Positions 49,199-60,002 of a stretch of DNA of 64,000 nucleotides are shown here, one piece after another. The position numbers and the translations under genes were made by a program. The stretch covers positions 45,618-109,617 of the forward strand of contig JBAZUA010000001.1 of the NCBI GenBank assembly GCA_041661645.1. The letters run 5' to 3'. The notes under the pieces were generated by a model. The model was not told where the DNA came from, did no database searches, and worked only from the letters and a program-made list of their open reading frames with translations. Positions within the stretch are counted from its first letter, which is position 1; each line of letters opens with the position of its first letter. The DNA comes from Minisyncoccota bacterium (GTDB lineage Bacteria > Patescibacteriota > Minisyncoccia > Phycocordibacterales > UBA6065).

Positions 49199-49651
49199 AT
49201 GTCACTACACCAAACAATCAAAGCCCACACCAAGGAAGCCATGATCGCCAAGGACCAGACGCGAACGCTCACCCTCCGTGCCATCTCGGCCGAGATACAG
49301 AAGGAGCTCATCGCCAAGGGATCCGCGGCGCCCGAGGGTACCGACGAGGAGACCCTCGCCGTCATCAAGAGGTTGGTCAAACAGCGCAAGGACTCGATAG
49401 ACCAGTTCACCAAGGGCGGACGACCCGAGCTCGCCGCGGACGAACAGGCTGAGCTCGCCATCCTCGCCGCATATCTCCCTGCCTCAATGCCAAAGGAAGA
49501 GATCCTGAAGGTGGCACAGGCCAAGAAGGCAGAGCTCGGCGTGACCGACAAGGCCGGCGCAGGCAAGCTCATCGGAGCGATTTCAAAAGAGCTCAAGGGC
49601 AAGGCCGAGGGTTCTGACATAAAGGAGGTCGTCGACTCGCTTTTCGCGTAA
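49199..49651 (+). CDS. GatB/YqeY domain protein
   Basis: KEAMIAKD...VKQRKDSIDQF.KGGR.EL...YLP. Confidence 0.92.
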   Translation: MSLHQTIKAHTKEAMIAKDQTRTLTLRAISAEIQKELIAKGSAAPEGTDEETLAVIKRLVKQRKDSIDQFTKGGRPELAADEQAELAILAAYLPASMPKEEILKVAQAKKAELGVTDKAGAGKLIGAISKELKGKAEGSDIKEVVDSLFA

Positions 49652-49760
49652 TTCTCCCCGCGCTTTTCGCACACCTCCCATAATTGACAAAAGACTGCCG
49701 ATATTTGAATATGAATATCGGCAGTTTTCACGCACATTAAACCAAAAATAAGGAGAACAC

Positions 49761-50441
49761 ATGAAAACGGCAGGAACCGTCTCCCCCACAGCCACCTTGG
49801 CCAGGGAACGGCGAAAGCAGCAGCGGGCCGCGCAAGAAAAGATGGCCCGCATGGCGACGTCATGGGCGGCATGGATAGAGTTCGAGAAGCCCCTTTGGAA
49901 GCGCGAACCAAAATACATCGAGGAGCTTTACAGGATCAGCACGAGGATAAGCCAGGAGATAGTCCTGGCCGATACTCGCCACGGCCACAAGATACGGTGG
50001 GACGAGGCTCGCGACAGGGTATTGACCCTCGAGTTCCTCGAAAGCCGGTGCGCTCGCTTCGGCAAGACGCACAGAGAGATACATCACGACGTCGGCAGAG
50101 TCGCCGGGCATAATGCCTGGATGACCAAGCTGACCCGGCGAGGAGACTATCCGATGCTGAGCGACATAATCCACGGCATGCACCAGGCGTCATCGAAAAC
50201 GGACATCAAGTTCGCCCCGATCGTAGAGCCGACGCCGATGAACGCCCGACAGATCATCGAGCACACGAGGCGAGCCAATGAACGCCTCGACCAGGCGAGA
50301 CAGGCCTTCCTCGGCGACGATCCTCCCCAGCCCAAGACCGGCGAGTTCGGCTTCGTCGCCGATGTCCGCCGACAGGCCCAGCAAAAAGACCTCGGAAGGC
50401 CCCTCAAAAGGCCCCGAAGGAACTGGAGAAGGGAGTATTGA
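49761..50441 (+). CDS. basic orphan hypothetical protein
   Basis: SD AAGGAG; TTGACA and a ~15-bp inverted repeat upstream (49689-49726). Confidence 0.7.
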   Translation: MKTAGTVSPTATLARERRKQQRAAQEKMARMATSWAAWIEFEKPLWKREPKYIEELYRISTRISQEIVLADTRHGHKIRWDEARDRVLTLEFLESRCARFGKTHREIHHDVGRVAGHNAWMTKLTRRGDYPMLSDIIHGMHQASSKTDIKFAPIVEPTPMNARQIIEHTRRANERLDQARQAFLGDDPPQPKTGEFGFVADVRRQAQQKDLGRPLKRPRRNWRREY

Positions 50442-50515
50442 CAAATAGTATTTTTGGGTGTATCATTAATACCCGAGAACAGTTATTTGAGTCGCAACGT
50501 CAGAATTCACGACCA

Positions 50516-50740
50516 ATGATGACAAGCTCCCTCGAAAGCACCGTCCACATAGGCAGGATCATCGACGGCTTCATGCCATGTCTCGAGAGCCTCTTCAAGG
50601 CTCCTGACCAGCCAGCTCGGGAAGTTCATGACGAACTCTCCCTCCCCTCCACCGCAGGCAACCCTTCCCAACAGCTGCGCGACCTTCTGGGACATCCCGG
50701 CAAGCACAACAAGCAGCACAAAACCCGCAAGGCGGCCTAA
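50516..50740 (+). CDS. small orphan hypothetical protein
   Basis: TTGACA-17-TATCAT promoter at 50438; terminator about 50755-50790. Confidence 0.5.
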   Translation: MMTSSLESTVHIGRIIDGFMPCLESLFKAPDQPAREVHDELSLPSTAGNPSQQLRDLLGHPGKHNKQHKTRKAA

Positions 50741-50858
50741 GGCCACCTCGAACATCCCCACTCGCCGCAAGGCTCGTGGGGATTTCTTATTTGCGTAAAA
50801 ATTGTTTTCATGGTTAAATAAAGACCGAAACAGCAACTCAACCCCAACCTGACACACC

Positions 50859-51311
50859 ATGTCCATTCAAGAAAACCTTGATTTCCGGATCGGGAATCAA
50901 GGCAAGGAAGAGACTTCGCCAGACAAGGCCTGCCCCTCAGCCACCGACGATCTCAAGGGCAAGGGACTGACCCTGTTCAATGAGATTGTCGACGTCGCGA
51001 CCCAGGCTCGGCTCATCCCGAGATTCGCCTGCAAGCGAGACCCGTTCGGCGAGGCCCTCGAGGTGGCAATCTGCGATCGCTACCGGGAGATCAGAGACCT
51101 CCCGCCCTTCGAGGGCCTCGAGGAGACCGAGATCCTCCATAAGGCAAAGCGACTGGCGGGAAAGATCTCGGCACGTCGCAAGAACATGCGAATGATGGGC
51201 GCAAGCTGGGCCTCTGCCAAGAACAGGGCGGCTGCCATCAAGGCGGGAGACATATCGAAGGGCTTTCCTCCGCGATTCTGCCCTCCCCCACGCAGGCCGC
51301 AAGCCTCGTGA
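50859..51311 (+). CDS. basic orphan hypothetical protein
   Basis: 150-aa ORF; terminator 51317-51346. Confidence 0.65.
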   Translation: MSIQENLDFRIGNQGKEETSPDKACPSATDDLKGKGLTLFNEIVDVATQARLIPRFACKRDPFGEALEVAICDRYREIRDLPPFEGLEETEILHKAKRLAGKISARRKNMRMMGASWASAKNRAAAIKAGDISKGFPPRFCPPPRRPQAS

Positions 51312-51396
51312 ACACATAGGCGACCCCTCACAGGGCGCCTATTTTTGTTCTATACTAGGGCAGTCATCTAACAAGCGCATAATCCAACCAATCAAC

Positions 51397-51597
51397 ATGC
51401 TACGAAACAACGTCTTCAACCTCATGAATCAGGCGGTGCAGGAATCAAAGAGCGTCTGGCGCATCAAGAACGTCTATACCGCCGAGGCAGTCGGCTCGGA
51501 CGACATCATGGCGCTCTGGAAGAAGATAGAGAAGGCAAAGGAGGAGCATGTCCTCGAGCTTCAGGCCCTGATAACCAAATATTCCCAGAACAAATAG
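51397..51597 (+). CDS. small helical hypothetical protein
   Basis: 66-aa ORF ending 1 nt before the methyltransferase gene. Confidence 0.7.
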   Translation: MLRNNVFNLMNQAVQESKSVWRIKNVYTAEAVGSDDIMALWKKIEKAKEEHVLELQALITKYSQNK

Positions 51598-51598
51598 C

Positions 51599-52258
51599 AT
51601 GGCACTCTTCGCGAACGAAAAACTCAACCATAATTTCCATGAGCTGACAGCTCTCGAGAAACTCACCTATCTCCTCTTCGTGCGCCCGAGATGGGACAAG
51701 GAGAGACGATTCTTCTTCGAGGGAAGCTTTACCCTGCCAGGCCAGATGTATATTGCCGACAGAAAAGCCCTTTTCGACACGATTAAGGACGAGAGGCCCT
51801 CGGACTGCTTTGAGATAGGAACCTACACGGGGGGAGGGAGCACCTTCTTCATAACGCAGGCTTTCAAGGCCCTCGAGGCGGGAAAGCTCATCACCCTCGA
51901 GAGCTCGGAGCGCCTGTACAACAAGGCCCTATCTCATTACGCCCGATTCTTCCGCGGGCTCTCCCCTTTCGTGACATTCGTTCACGGGGCTGGATTTGAT
52001 GACCTCAAGCCGTTCATCAGGGACGGCAAAGTCGGGGCGTTCTTCCTCGACGGAGCCGAGGACGGGCAGGAAACCCTTGACCAGTACCTCAAGTTCCTCC
52101 CCTATTGCAGGAAAGGCACGATTCTCATGGCCCATGACTGGAACACCGAGAAGACCCGCCTCCTTCGTCCGGCGATAGAGGAAAATTCACATTGGGAAAA
52201 AATAATCGAGGTGAAGCCTCCGGCGAGCGTTGGCTTCGTCGCGTTCCGATACGTATAA
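51599..52258 (+). CDS. class I SAM-dependent methyltransferase (Methyltransf_24-like)
   Basis: FEIGTYTGGGST, FLDG, AHD. Confidence 0.78.
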   Translation: MALFANEKLNHNFHELTALEKLTYLLFVRPRWDKERRFFFEGSFTLPGQMYIADRKALFDTIKDERPSDCFEIGTYTGGGSTFFITQAFKALEAGKLITLESSERLYNKALSHYARFFRGLSPFVTFVHGAGFDDLKPFIRDGKVGAFFLDGAEDGQETLDQYLKFLPYCRKGTILMAHDWNTEKTRLLRPAIEENSHWEKIIEVKPPASVGFVAFRYV

Positions 52259-52268
52259 AAACACAGCC

Positions 52269-53801
52269 ATGAACGAACCCTCCCGAACCCACACGGTACT
52301 CAAGAACTCCCTTTTCAGGCTGTTTGGGTTTTTCTTTCCCATCATATTCTCGATAGCCATCACGCCGATTGTTGTTAACAGACTCGGGACCCAGGACTAC
52401 GGACTGATGATATTCATCAACTCCCTGCTCGGCATACTCAGCCTACTCGACATAGGCATCTCCACCGCGACCATAAAGCACCTGGCCGAATACAAAGGAA
52501 GGGGTGATGTCGAGGGAACCGTTCGATCAATCCGCACGGCAAACACCCTCTTCCTCATCATAGGCATCATCGGCATGACCTTGGTTGGACTCACCGTCCT
52601 CGCGACGACGATCTTCTTCGGTGACAAGATAGCGGACAATCCCGAGCTCATCACGATCATGCTCATTGGCGCGGGACTCTTCTTCATAAACTCGATCAAC
52701 AGCGTCTACACCCTCATACCATCGGCCCTTCAGCGATTCGACATAGCCACGGCAATAAACGCCACGAGCCTGACCGTCGGAAGCCTGGCAAACCTGACTG
52801 TCGTCCTCCTTGGCGGCAGGCTCGTGGCGATATTCGTCGTCAACGTCGCGGTCGCAACGCTCTTCTTCTTCGTCTGGAGGAAATATTCGCTCGCGATACT
52901 GCCCGAAGCGAAGTGGAGATTCGCCTGGTCCCCGTCTGAGGTTCGCCGAACGGTTTCCTTCAGCGCCTATGCATCCATAAACGAACTCGCTCGAACGGCG
53001 CTGTTCTCGCTTGACCGTCTGATCATCCCTCTCTATGCGGGCGCATCAAGCCTCACCTATTACACAATTCCAGGGAATCTAACGGCCCGAATAACGGGAG
53101 TATCGGACAATATCGCAGGCACGCTATTTCCCCTTTCGGCGCACCTGAACGCCACCGGAGAGCATGACGCCCTGCGCACGGGCTACGTCAGGTCCTCGCG
53201 CATCATCCTCGTGGTCTCGGCCGCCATCACCGCAGGCATCGCCTTCAATGGGTACGAGATACTGAAATACTGGATAAATCCGGAAGTCGCGGCAAACGGC
53301 GCCTTCGTGATTGTCATCCTGGCCCTGACCAACCTGTGCCTCACCCTCCTCTCGAGCGCCTCGAACCTCTTCATCGTCCTCGGCAAATGGAAGTTCTACA
53401 CCGGCATCTCGGCATCGATGGCCCTCATCAACGTGATTGCCCTCTTCGTCCTCCTCCCTCGATACGGCATCAATGGCGCGGCAATCGCATATCTCATATC
53501 GACGGCTCCCGTCATATACGCCCTCTACGTGCTCGAAAAGAGATATCTCCAGATTCCCGGCAAGACAAGGCGCTGGGTGCTGAACTCCTCGAAAGTGGCC
53601 GTCACCACCATCGTCTTCGCCGTCGCGAACGAGCTCCTCATAAAAGGGAACATCACGAGCCTGGCGAGTCTCATTATCCTCGGACCATCATCCGTCCTGC
53701 TCTGGGTCGCGATCTATTACGCGTTCGGATTCGTGCCAAAAGAGGACAGGGCCGACATCATGAAATTCATAAGAACCCAACTGTCACGGAAAAAGGCCTA
53801 A
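52269..53801 (+). CDS. Wzx-type oligosaccharide flippase
   Basis: About 14 TMs; LG..DYG, DIGI, DRLII. Confidence 0.88.
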   Translation: MNEPSRTHTVLKNSLFRLFGFFFPIIFSIAITPIVVNRLGTQDYGLMIFINSLLGILSLLDIGISTATIKHLAEYKGRGDVEGTVRSIRTANTLFLIIGIIGMTLVGLTVLATTIFFGDKIADNPELITIMLIGAGLFFINSINSVYTLIPSALQRFDIATAINATSLTVGSLANLTVVLLGGRLVAIFVVNVAVATLFFFVWRKYSLAILPEAKWRFAWSPSEVRRTVSFSAYASINELARTALFSLDRLIIPLYAGASSLTYYTIPGNLTARITGVSDNIAGTLFPLSAHLNATGEHDALRTGYVRSSRIILVVSAAITAGIAFNGYEILKYWINPEVAANGAFVIVILALTNLCLTLLSSASNLFIVLGKWKFYTGISASMALINVIALFVLLPRYGINGAAIAYLISTAPVIYALYVLEKRYLQIPGKTRRWVLNSSKVAVTTIVFAVANELLIKGNITSLASLIILGPSSVLLWVAIYYAFGFVPKEDRADIMKFIRTQLSRKKA

Positions 53802-53816
53802 AGAGGCTCGAACACC

Positions 53817-54689
53817 ATGAACGAACTCCTTCAGAAAATATGCGGCAAGGCCCTTCGATTGACCTATTCCCTCATGGGAATGAGACCGACAAGCTATCCA
53901 TACATATCGGGAGACGGCTTCAGGTCGCTCGCCGGGCACATTCACGAGGCGGGACGAACATTCAGACCAGAGGACGTCAGGAGGGGCGACATAGTCTTCG
54001 TCGAATCAGCGCTCATCGGGACATATTTCTCAACCCTTCACCCGAGGATCGAGAACCCTTACACCCTCATCACCCACAACGGCGACGCGAACATCGGAGC
54101 GAGCGAGGCGGCGCGCATAGACGACAAAATCATCCGCTGGTTCGCCCAAAACGTGCTCGTCAAACACCCAAAACTGATACCGGTCCCAATCGGACTCGAG
54201 AATGCCCGACACGCTGGCACAGGACGAGCGTCCGTCATGCGACGAGCGTCTCAACATATCCCAAAGAAAAACGGGAGGATTCTCGCGGCCTTTACCGCTC
54301 ACACCAACCCCAAGGCGCGTGAACGGGCGCTGGATGAGCTCAGGGCAAATCCCCTGGCTGACATACGCGAGGGACGAATGCCCCAGCGCGACTATCTGGA
54401 TACCCTTAAGACCTACGGCTACGTCGCCTCGCCGCCGGGAAACGGCGAGGACTGTCATAGAACGTGGGAAGCACTGTATGTGGGAACCGTCCCCATTGTG
54501 CAACCATCAGTTTGTGTGGAATACTTTAGAAGTCTCGGCATCCCGGTTATAATCACGCAATCGTGGAAAAGCATCGGCAAGGAACAGGACGAGGGAATCC
54601 CGATTTCACCCAAGACCCTTTCCCCACTCTTCTTTGATTATTGGAAAGGGATGATTACAAGCAAAAACCACCATCATGAAGAACGATAA
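53817..54689 (+). CDS. exostosin/GT47-like protein
   Basis: YVASPPGNGEDCHRTWEALYVGTVPIV. Confidence 0.7.
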   Translation: MNELLQKICGKALRLTYSLMGMRPTSYPYISGDGFRSLAGHIHEAGRTFRPEDVRRGDIVFVESALIGTYFSTLHPRIENPYTLITHNGDANIGASEAARIDDKIIRWFAQNVLVKHPKLIPVPIGLENARHAGTGRASVMRRASQHIPKKNGRILAAFTAHTNPKARERALDELRANPLADIREGRMPQRDYLDTLKTYGYVASPPGNGEDCHRTWEALYVGTVPIVQPSVCVEYFRSLGIPVIITQSWKSIGKEQDEGIPISPKTLSPLFFDYWKGMITSKNHHHEER

Positions 54690-55503
54690 GGCACGACCGA
54701 TGTATCCCGAGCACGCACTGTACGAGCGGTACAAAGAGACACACCTAGACAGAACCTCCTCGGACACATTCCCCGACGTCACCAAGAGGGTCACGCTCGA
54801 GAACATGAACTATGCCATCAACCTCTGCGAGGCATGGGACTTTTTCCTCGACATTGGTGGAGGGTCGGGACACTATGCGGCCGGACTGGCCGGCATGTTC
54901 AAACGAGGAAGCGTCATCGAGATTGACGCCCATCCCGAACAACAGGATCTGGTAAGGTTAAGGCCAAACGTTTCGGTGGTAAACAAATTCATCGAAGAAT
55001 GCGAGGGCACCGAAAAGGCGGACTTCATCCTGCTCGCCGACATCTTCGAACACATCAAGGACGTACGGTCTTTCGCCTCGCATCTGGCGAGACTGCAGTC
55101 AAAGGGAGCGATCGTCTACATCATGACCCCGAATCCCTTTTTCTGCGGACCGGTGGCCGAATCAGGTCTGCACCACACCCTCCACCCAAACGGTCACATC
55201 AGTCACTATACGCGACAGGAAATCAGCTCGGTAATGGAGGAGGCGGGCTACGAACTCATATTCAACCTTTACGAGGAAGGACCCTTCAGACAGAAAGCGA
55301 AACGAGTCATCAAGGGAATATCTAAACGTGATAAGAAATGGCATACCGCCATCGCCTATCGAATCGCCCGCCCACTCCTGCTCGCGGCAGCCCTGCCTCT
55401 CCAGTCTCTTCTTGCCCGCCTCACCTACAGGTCAGAGAAGGAGCTTCGAAAAGATGAGTTTTCCACCATGACTCAGGACCTCGCCTTCAAGAAAATGAGA
55501 TAA
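54676..55503 (+). CDS. class I SAM-dependent methyltransferase
   Basis: LDIGGGSG, DIFEHI, TPN...HISHY. Confidence 0.85.
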   Translation: MKNDKARPMYPEHALYERYKETHLDRTSSDTFPDVTKRVTLENMNYAINLCEAWDFFLDIGGGSGHYAAGLAGMFKRGSVIEIDAHPEQQDLVRLRPNVSVVNKFIEECEGTEKADFILLADIFEHIKDVRSFASHLARLQSKGAIVYIMTPNPFFCGPVAESGLHHTLHPNGHISHYTRQEISSVMEEAGYELIFNLYEEGPFRQKAKRVIKGISKRDKKWHTAIAYRIARPLLLAAALPLQSLLARLTYRSEKELRKDEFSTMTQDLAFKKMR

Positions 55504-55507
55504 GAAC

Positions 55508-56671
55508 ATGAAGCCAGAAATCACAATTATCATACCTTGCTATAACTGCGAAGGAACACTCCGTGAGGCAGTTGAGTCCTGCTTTGTCCAGGGCCTGGAG
55601 TCGTTCGAGATAGTGATGGTAGACGATGGATCAACGGACGAAACCCTTGCCCTCATGGAAAAGCTGGCGACCGAGCATCCCGAGATACGAATCTTCAGGC
55701 AGGGACAAAATCTGGGGGGCGGGGCGACCCGCAATAGGGCTGTTCAAGAAAGTGCTTCCGACATAATATTCTGCCTTGATAGCGACGATGCTCTGGGCAC
55801 AGGCACACTATTGAAGATGCTTTCCTACCTGAAAGATCACAAACTCGACGGTGTGGGCGTATCCACGTCGATAAAGTTCAAAGGAACCCAAAGGAGCAAT
55901 GTGGCATACACAACCAGCTTCAAAAGAATCGGAGAAAAGATAGAACTCGAAGACATCTTCAATGTCGACTCCTCGAGATGCTCCCTCTATTCGGTGTTCA
56001 TGCATACGCGAAGGGCGTTCGATATCATGGGAGGCTACCCTACCGATCACGGCTTCGACACCCAGTGCTTCGCCCTCAGATTCCTCGCGAACGGGCTCGC
56101 GGCCCACGCCTGCCCCGACACAACGTATTTCCACCGGGTCAACTATCACAGGTCCTATTACATACGCGAATACGAGGACGGCAGGGCGAATCACAACTGG
56201 ATGCGTATATACGATGAATTCCTCTACCTGTTCAATGCCTCGACCCAGGACAAGATGCTCGGATTCGACTTCAACGGCTCGACAAAGCCCCTCAACGCCG
56301 TCATAAACGAAATCAAGGACCCTTTCGCACCGCGATATCGAGATTTCGTGACCGAGGGATCGAAGAGCGCGTACAAGTCATTCCTCTCAACATCTAAAAT
56401 CACACCCGTGGACGAATACTGGCTGGGATCCGAGGCACTCAGGTCGAAAAAACCAATCGACGCCGCATCCCACTTCGCGCATGCCCTGGCATCGGGACTC
56501 CGCCACCCCATCGTTCTCTCGAGGGCGCTTGATTCGCTCGCACTTGCATCCGGCACGACCGCCTCAGACGTGATGGGCTCGATTCAGGCATTCAACGCAT
56601 ACGGCAAGCGAGGTTCGCTAGCACCGTTTTGGAAGAGGGGCATCGGCAGGATAAGACGAATGCTCTCATGA
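55508..56671 (+). CDS. glycosyltransferase family 2
   Basis: IIIPCYN, VDDGSTD, RN...LDSDD. Confidence 0.9.
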   Translation: MKPEITIIIPCYNCEGTLREAVESCFVQGLESFEIVMVDDGSTDETLALMEKLATEHPEIRIFRQGQNLGGGATRNRAVQESASDIIFCLDSDDALGTGTLLKMLSYLKDHKLDGVGVSTSIKFKGTQRSNVAYTTSFKRIGEKIELEDIFNVDSSRCSLYSVFMHTRRAFDIMGGYPTDHGFDTQCFALRFLANGLAAHACPDTTYFHRVNYHRSYYIREYEDGRANHNWMRIYDEFLYLFNASTQDKMLGFDFNGSTKPLNAVINEIKDPFAPRYRDFVTEGSKSAYKSFLSTSKITPVDEYWLGSEALRSKKPIDAASHFAHALASGLRHPIVLSRALDSLALASGTTASDVMGSIQAFNAYGKRGSLAPFWKRGIGRIRRMLS

Positions 56672-57576
56672 TCAGGGCATACATACTCACCCTCAGGTCC
56701 CGCATTCACTCAGGCAGATTCCTCCCACTAGCCCTGGCGTGGCATGTCCTGAGATTGAAAAAGCTTTTCCGCGTTGATTTCAAGGTGTACCCCGACGCGG
56801 CCGACAGGGAGATAGAGATAGACCTGGTCATACCCACCATATCAAAGGATGTAGCCCTCCTCGAGGAAATGATCGCCGGCGCGAAGAAAAACATCCTCCA
56901 TCGAATACGCAGGGTGTTCATCGTATCCCGAGACGACAACGTGCTCCCCGCGTTCTGCGAGAAGCATGGCTACTCCTTCGTGGAAGAGCGTTCCGTCATG
57001 GGCTACGGAAAGGAACGCACCGCTTATAAGGTGAACGGGGTCGACAGAAGCGGCTGGATGTTTCAGCAAATACTCAAGCTGTCGAGTGAATCGTTCGTCG
57101 GGACGAAAAACTATCTAATCATAGACTCGGACACTGTACTCATAAAACCACACTCCTTTATAGAAAACGGGAAATTTATATTCGCCCAGAATGAGGAATG
57201 GCACGAACCCTACTTCAGAACCTTCAAGAAGCTGTTCGGCTACGAGGCACCGACATCCCTCTCATATACCTCACATATGATGATATTTAATACGGACAAG
57301 CTGAGAATGATGAAGGCTGAGCTCGAACGGAGAAACGGCAGTTCCTGGGATGCGGTATATATGAGCACCGCAAGCGAATCAGAGATGTCCTGCATCTCTG
57401 ATTACGACACCTATGCAAACTGGGTGCTCCACAATTTCCCCGACGAGGTCGGTAATCGAGCCTTCTACAACAAGGGGCTGTCCCGAGACAGATTCAGCTC
57501 TCTCGAACAGCTCACCTCGAAATATGGCAGACGGTACAACTCGCTCTCCTTTCATAGCTATATTAAAGTATCTTAA
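56668..57576 (+). CDS. GT-A fold glycosyltransferase-like (DUF6492-like)
   Basis: GWMFQQILKL, IDSDT, SHMMIF, SDYDTY. Confidence 0.7.
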   Translation: MIRAYILTLRSRIHSGRFLPLALAWHVLRLKKLFRVDFKVYPDAADREIEIDLVIPTISKDVALLEEMIAGAKKNILHRIRRVFIVSRDDNVLPAFCEKHGYSFVEERSVMGYGKERTAYKVNGVDRSGWMFQQILKLSSESFVGTKNYLIIDSDTVLIKPHSFIENGKFIFAQNEEWHEPYFRTFKKLFGYEAPTSLSYTSHMMIFNTDKLRMMKAELERRNGSSWDAVYMSTASESEMSCISDYDTYANWVLHNFPDEVGNRAFYNKGLSRDRFSSLEQLTSKYGRRYNSLSFHSYIKVS

Positions 57577-57584
57577 CAAATGCG

Positions 57585-58487
57585 ATGACCATACCCCCAA
57601 TCCTCCTCATCATATTCAACCGCCCCGACAAGGTGCGCGCCTTGATGAACGCGCTCGAAAAGGTGAGGCCCGAAAGAATCTATGTCTCGGCGGACGGACC
57701 GAGGACGGGCGTACCCTCGGACAAGGCGCTATGCGCCGAGGCGCGCGCGGTGGCACAGAACGTATCATGGCCGTGTAAAGTCATCACCAACTTCTCCGAA
57801 AATAACTTGGGCGTTCATCCTGCGGTCGAAGGTGCCATAACCTGGTTTTTCGACCAGGTCGAATCAGGCATCATCCTCGAGGATGACTGCATACCCAACT
57901 CCGACTTCTTCAGATTCTCGACCGAACTCCTCGAACAGTATCGCGATGATCCGCGGGTCATGATGATATCAGGGGACAACTTCCAGAACGGCATTAAACG
58001 TGGGCGGGCGAACTATTACTTCTCGCGCTATCCGAACATCTGGGGATGGGCGACCTGGCGACGTGCCTGGAAACACTATGATACAAGCCTTTCCGATCTC
58101 GACGTGTTTGAGAAGTCGGGAAAAATAAACACCATAAGACCACACGTGGATGAGCAGAAACATTGGCTGAAATTCTTTAGACAACTTAAATCAGGAAAGC
58201 AAAGCCCTTGGGATGCAAAGTGGGTATTCGCCATCTGGAATAATGATGGCATAGTCGCCGTGCCAAATACAAATCTGGTAAAGAACGTCGGATTCGGTTC
58301 CGAATCAACAAACACGAAGGAAACTAACTCAACCCTTGAAATCGAGGCCTCCCCGATAAACAATTTCGCAATCATCCGTATCGAACAGCAAACGGACGAG
58401 GATGCCGATAGATATATCTTCGAGTCGATTTTCAAGGTCACCCTCGCCTCAAAACTCGCCTATCTCTGGCGTAGACTTATGTCATAA
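57585..58487 (+). CDS. nucleotide-diphospho-sugar transferase (GT-A)
   Basis: FNRPD, ADGPR, ILEDDC, WGWATWRRAW, NLV.NVGFG. Confidence 0.82.
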   Translation: MTIPPILLIIFNRPDKVRALMNALEKVRPERIYVSADGPRTGVPSDKALCAEARAVAQNVSWPCKVITNFSENNLGVHPAVEGAITWFFDQVESGIILEDDCIPNSDFFRFSTELLEQYRDDPRVMMISGDNFQNGIKRGRANYYFSRYPNIWGWATWRRAWKHYDTSLSDLDVFEKSGKINTIRPHVDEQKHWLKFFRQLKSGKQSPWDAKWVFAIWNNDGIVAVPNTNLVKNVGFGSESTNTKETNSTLEIEASPINNFAIIRIEQQTDEDADRYIFESIFKVTLASKLAYLWRRLMS

Positions 58488-58496
58488 TAGAAAAAC

Positions 58497-59252
58497 ATGA
58501 ACATGCTTACACAAGCCTTCCGAATGATCCTCATACGCCTGCACAAGAGGTATGAGCCGTTTGTCACGACATATCCCGGATTTCCCTGCACGGTCATAGA
58601 CAAATCCTCCTTCATTTCGGCATACAAAGAAATATTCGAGCGAGAGATCTATAAGTTCCAGACGGCGAATCCGAAGCCCCGCATCATAGACTGCGGCGCG
58701 AACATCGGCCTGAGCGTCCTCTATTTCAAAAAACTCTACCCCGGCGCCGCCATCACGACATTCGAGCCGGACCCGAAGGCCCTCGCGGCCCTCAGGGCGA
58801 ATGTCGCCGCCATCAACGCATCGGACGTGACAATTATCCCGCATGCCGTGGCGGGATCAGACGGTATCCTTCAGTTCTTCTCGGAAGGTGCGGATGGGGG
58901 CCGCGTGAGCACCGAACACGATACCACCTCAATCATTTCCATAACCACCGAACGCCTCAGCCCACACCTCTCGAAGGAGGTCGACTTCCTCAAGATAGAC
59001 ATCGAGGGGTCAGAGCTTGAGGTGCTCGAGGAGGCACAGGGCTCGCTCGGAAAAGTCCGTGCCATATTCGTCGAATATCATTCGCTCGCCTCGAAGCCAC
59101 AGGAGCTCGACAGAATTATCGCCATCCTCTCGGCCGCTGGATTCCGATACTATATCGAGCACACCGGTGTAAAGTCAGAGAACGCCTTCATCAAGCGGGA
59201 AAACCACCTCAACTACGACCTTCAGCTCAACATTTTCGGCTATCGAGGCTGA
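58497..59252 (+). CDS. FkbM family methyltransferase
   Basis: IDCGANIG, FEPDP, LKIDIEGSE. Confidence 0.9.
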   Translation: MNMLTQAFRMILIRLHKRYEPFVTTYPGFPCTVIDKSSFISAYKEIFEREIYKFQTANPKPRIIDCGANIGLSVLYFKKLYPGAAITTFEPDPKALAALRANVAAINASDVTIIPHAVAGSDGILQFFSEGADGGRVSTEHDTTSIISITTERLSPHLSKEVDFLKIDIEGSELEVLEEAQGSLGKVRAIFVEYHSLASKPQELDRIIAILSAAGFRYYIEHTGVKSENAFIKRENHLNYDLQLNIFGYRG

Positions 59253-59270
59253 TGCTATACTAGGCCCACC

Positions 59271-60002
59271 ATGGCAACCTTACGCGAGCTCAAGAACAGA
59301 ATCATCGAGGACAGCTTCTTTCGTCCGCGATGGCACTCCGTCCTCATCAATCCCTATTTCATCAATCGAAACGGACTCTATTCGGCCATCAGCACATTTG
59401 CAGCGGGGATTCCAAAAGAGGCCCGCATAATCGACGTCGGATGCGGGCTCAAGCCATATCGAAAGCTTTTTGCGAGCGGGGCCTACACGGGAATAGACAT
59501 ACAGGGAGGCGGACATACCGATGCCGCAAAGACCGTGGACGCCTACTATGATGGAATCCACATCCCCTTCCCTGACGCATCCTTCGACGCGCTCATTTGC
59601 ACCCAGGTGCTCGAGCATGCCGATGACCCCGAAGCCCTCGTGGCGGATTGCGCCCGCGTCCTCGCCCCGGGCGGACAAGCCTTCTTCTCCATGCCCTTCA
59701 CCTATCCCGAACACGAGAAGCCCTACGACTTCCGCAGATTCACGCGGTTTGAGCACAAGCGACTGCTCGAGAAGAACGGCTTCTCCGAGATACGCATCAA
59801 ACAGACGACCGGCATCTTCGGTACGCTCGCGCAAATGCTCTCCATCTGGATATTCGAGGGTATCACCTTCCGTGCAACCGTCCTCAAAACACTTCTCTCG
59901 ATCCTGGTCCTCGGACCATTGCAGATAATCGGACTCGCCCTGGACGCCCTCACCGGAAAGTCGGGCATGACCATGGATTACGTTATCTCAGCACGCCGAT
60001 GA
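59271..60002 (+). CDS. class I SAM-dependent methyltransferase (type 11)
   Basis: IDVGCG, TQVLEH, H..PYDF.RFT. Confidence 0.88.
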   Translation: MATLRELKNRIIEDSFFRPRWHSVLINPYFINRNGLYSAISTFAAGIPKEARIIDVGCGLKPYRKLFASGAYTGIDIQGGGHTDAAKTVDAYYDGIHIPFPDASFDALICTQVLEHADDPEALVADCARVLAPGGQAFFSMPFTYPEHEKPYDFRRFTRFEHKRLLEKNGFSEIRIKQTTGIFGTLAQMLSIWIFEGITFRATVLKTLLSILVLGPLQIIGLALDALTGKSGMTMDYVISARR

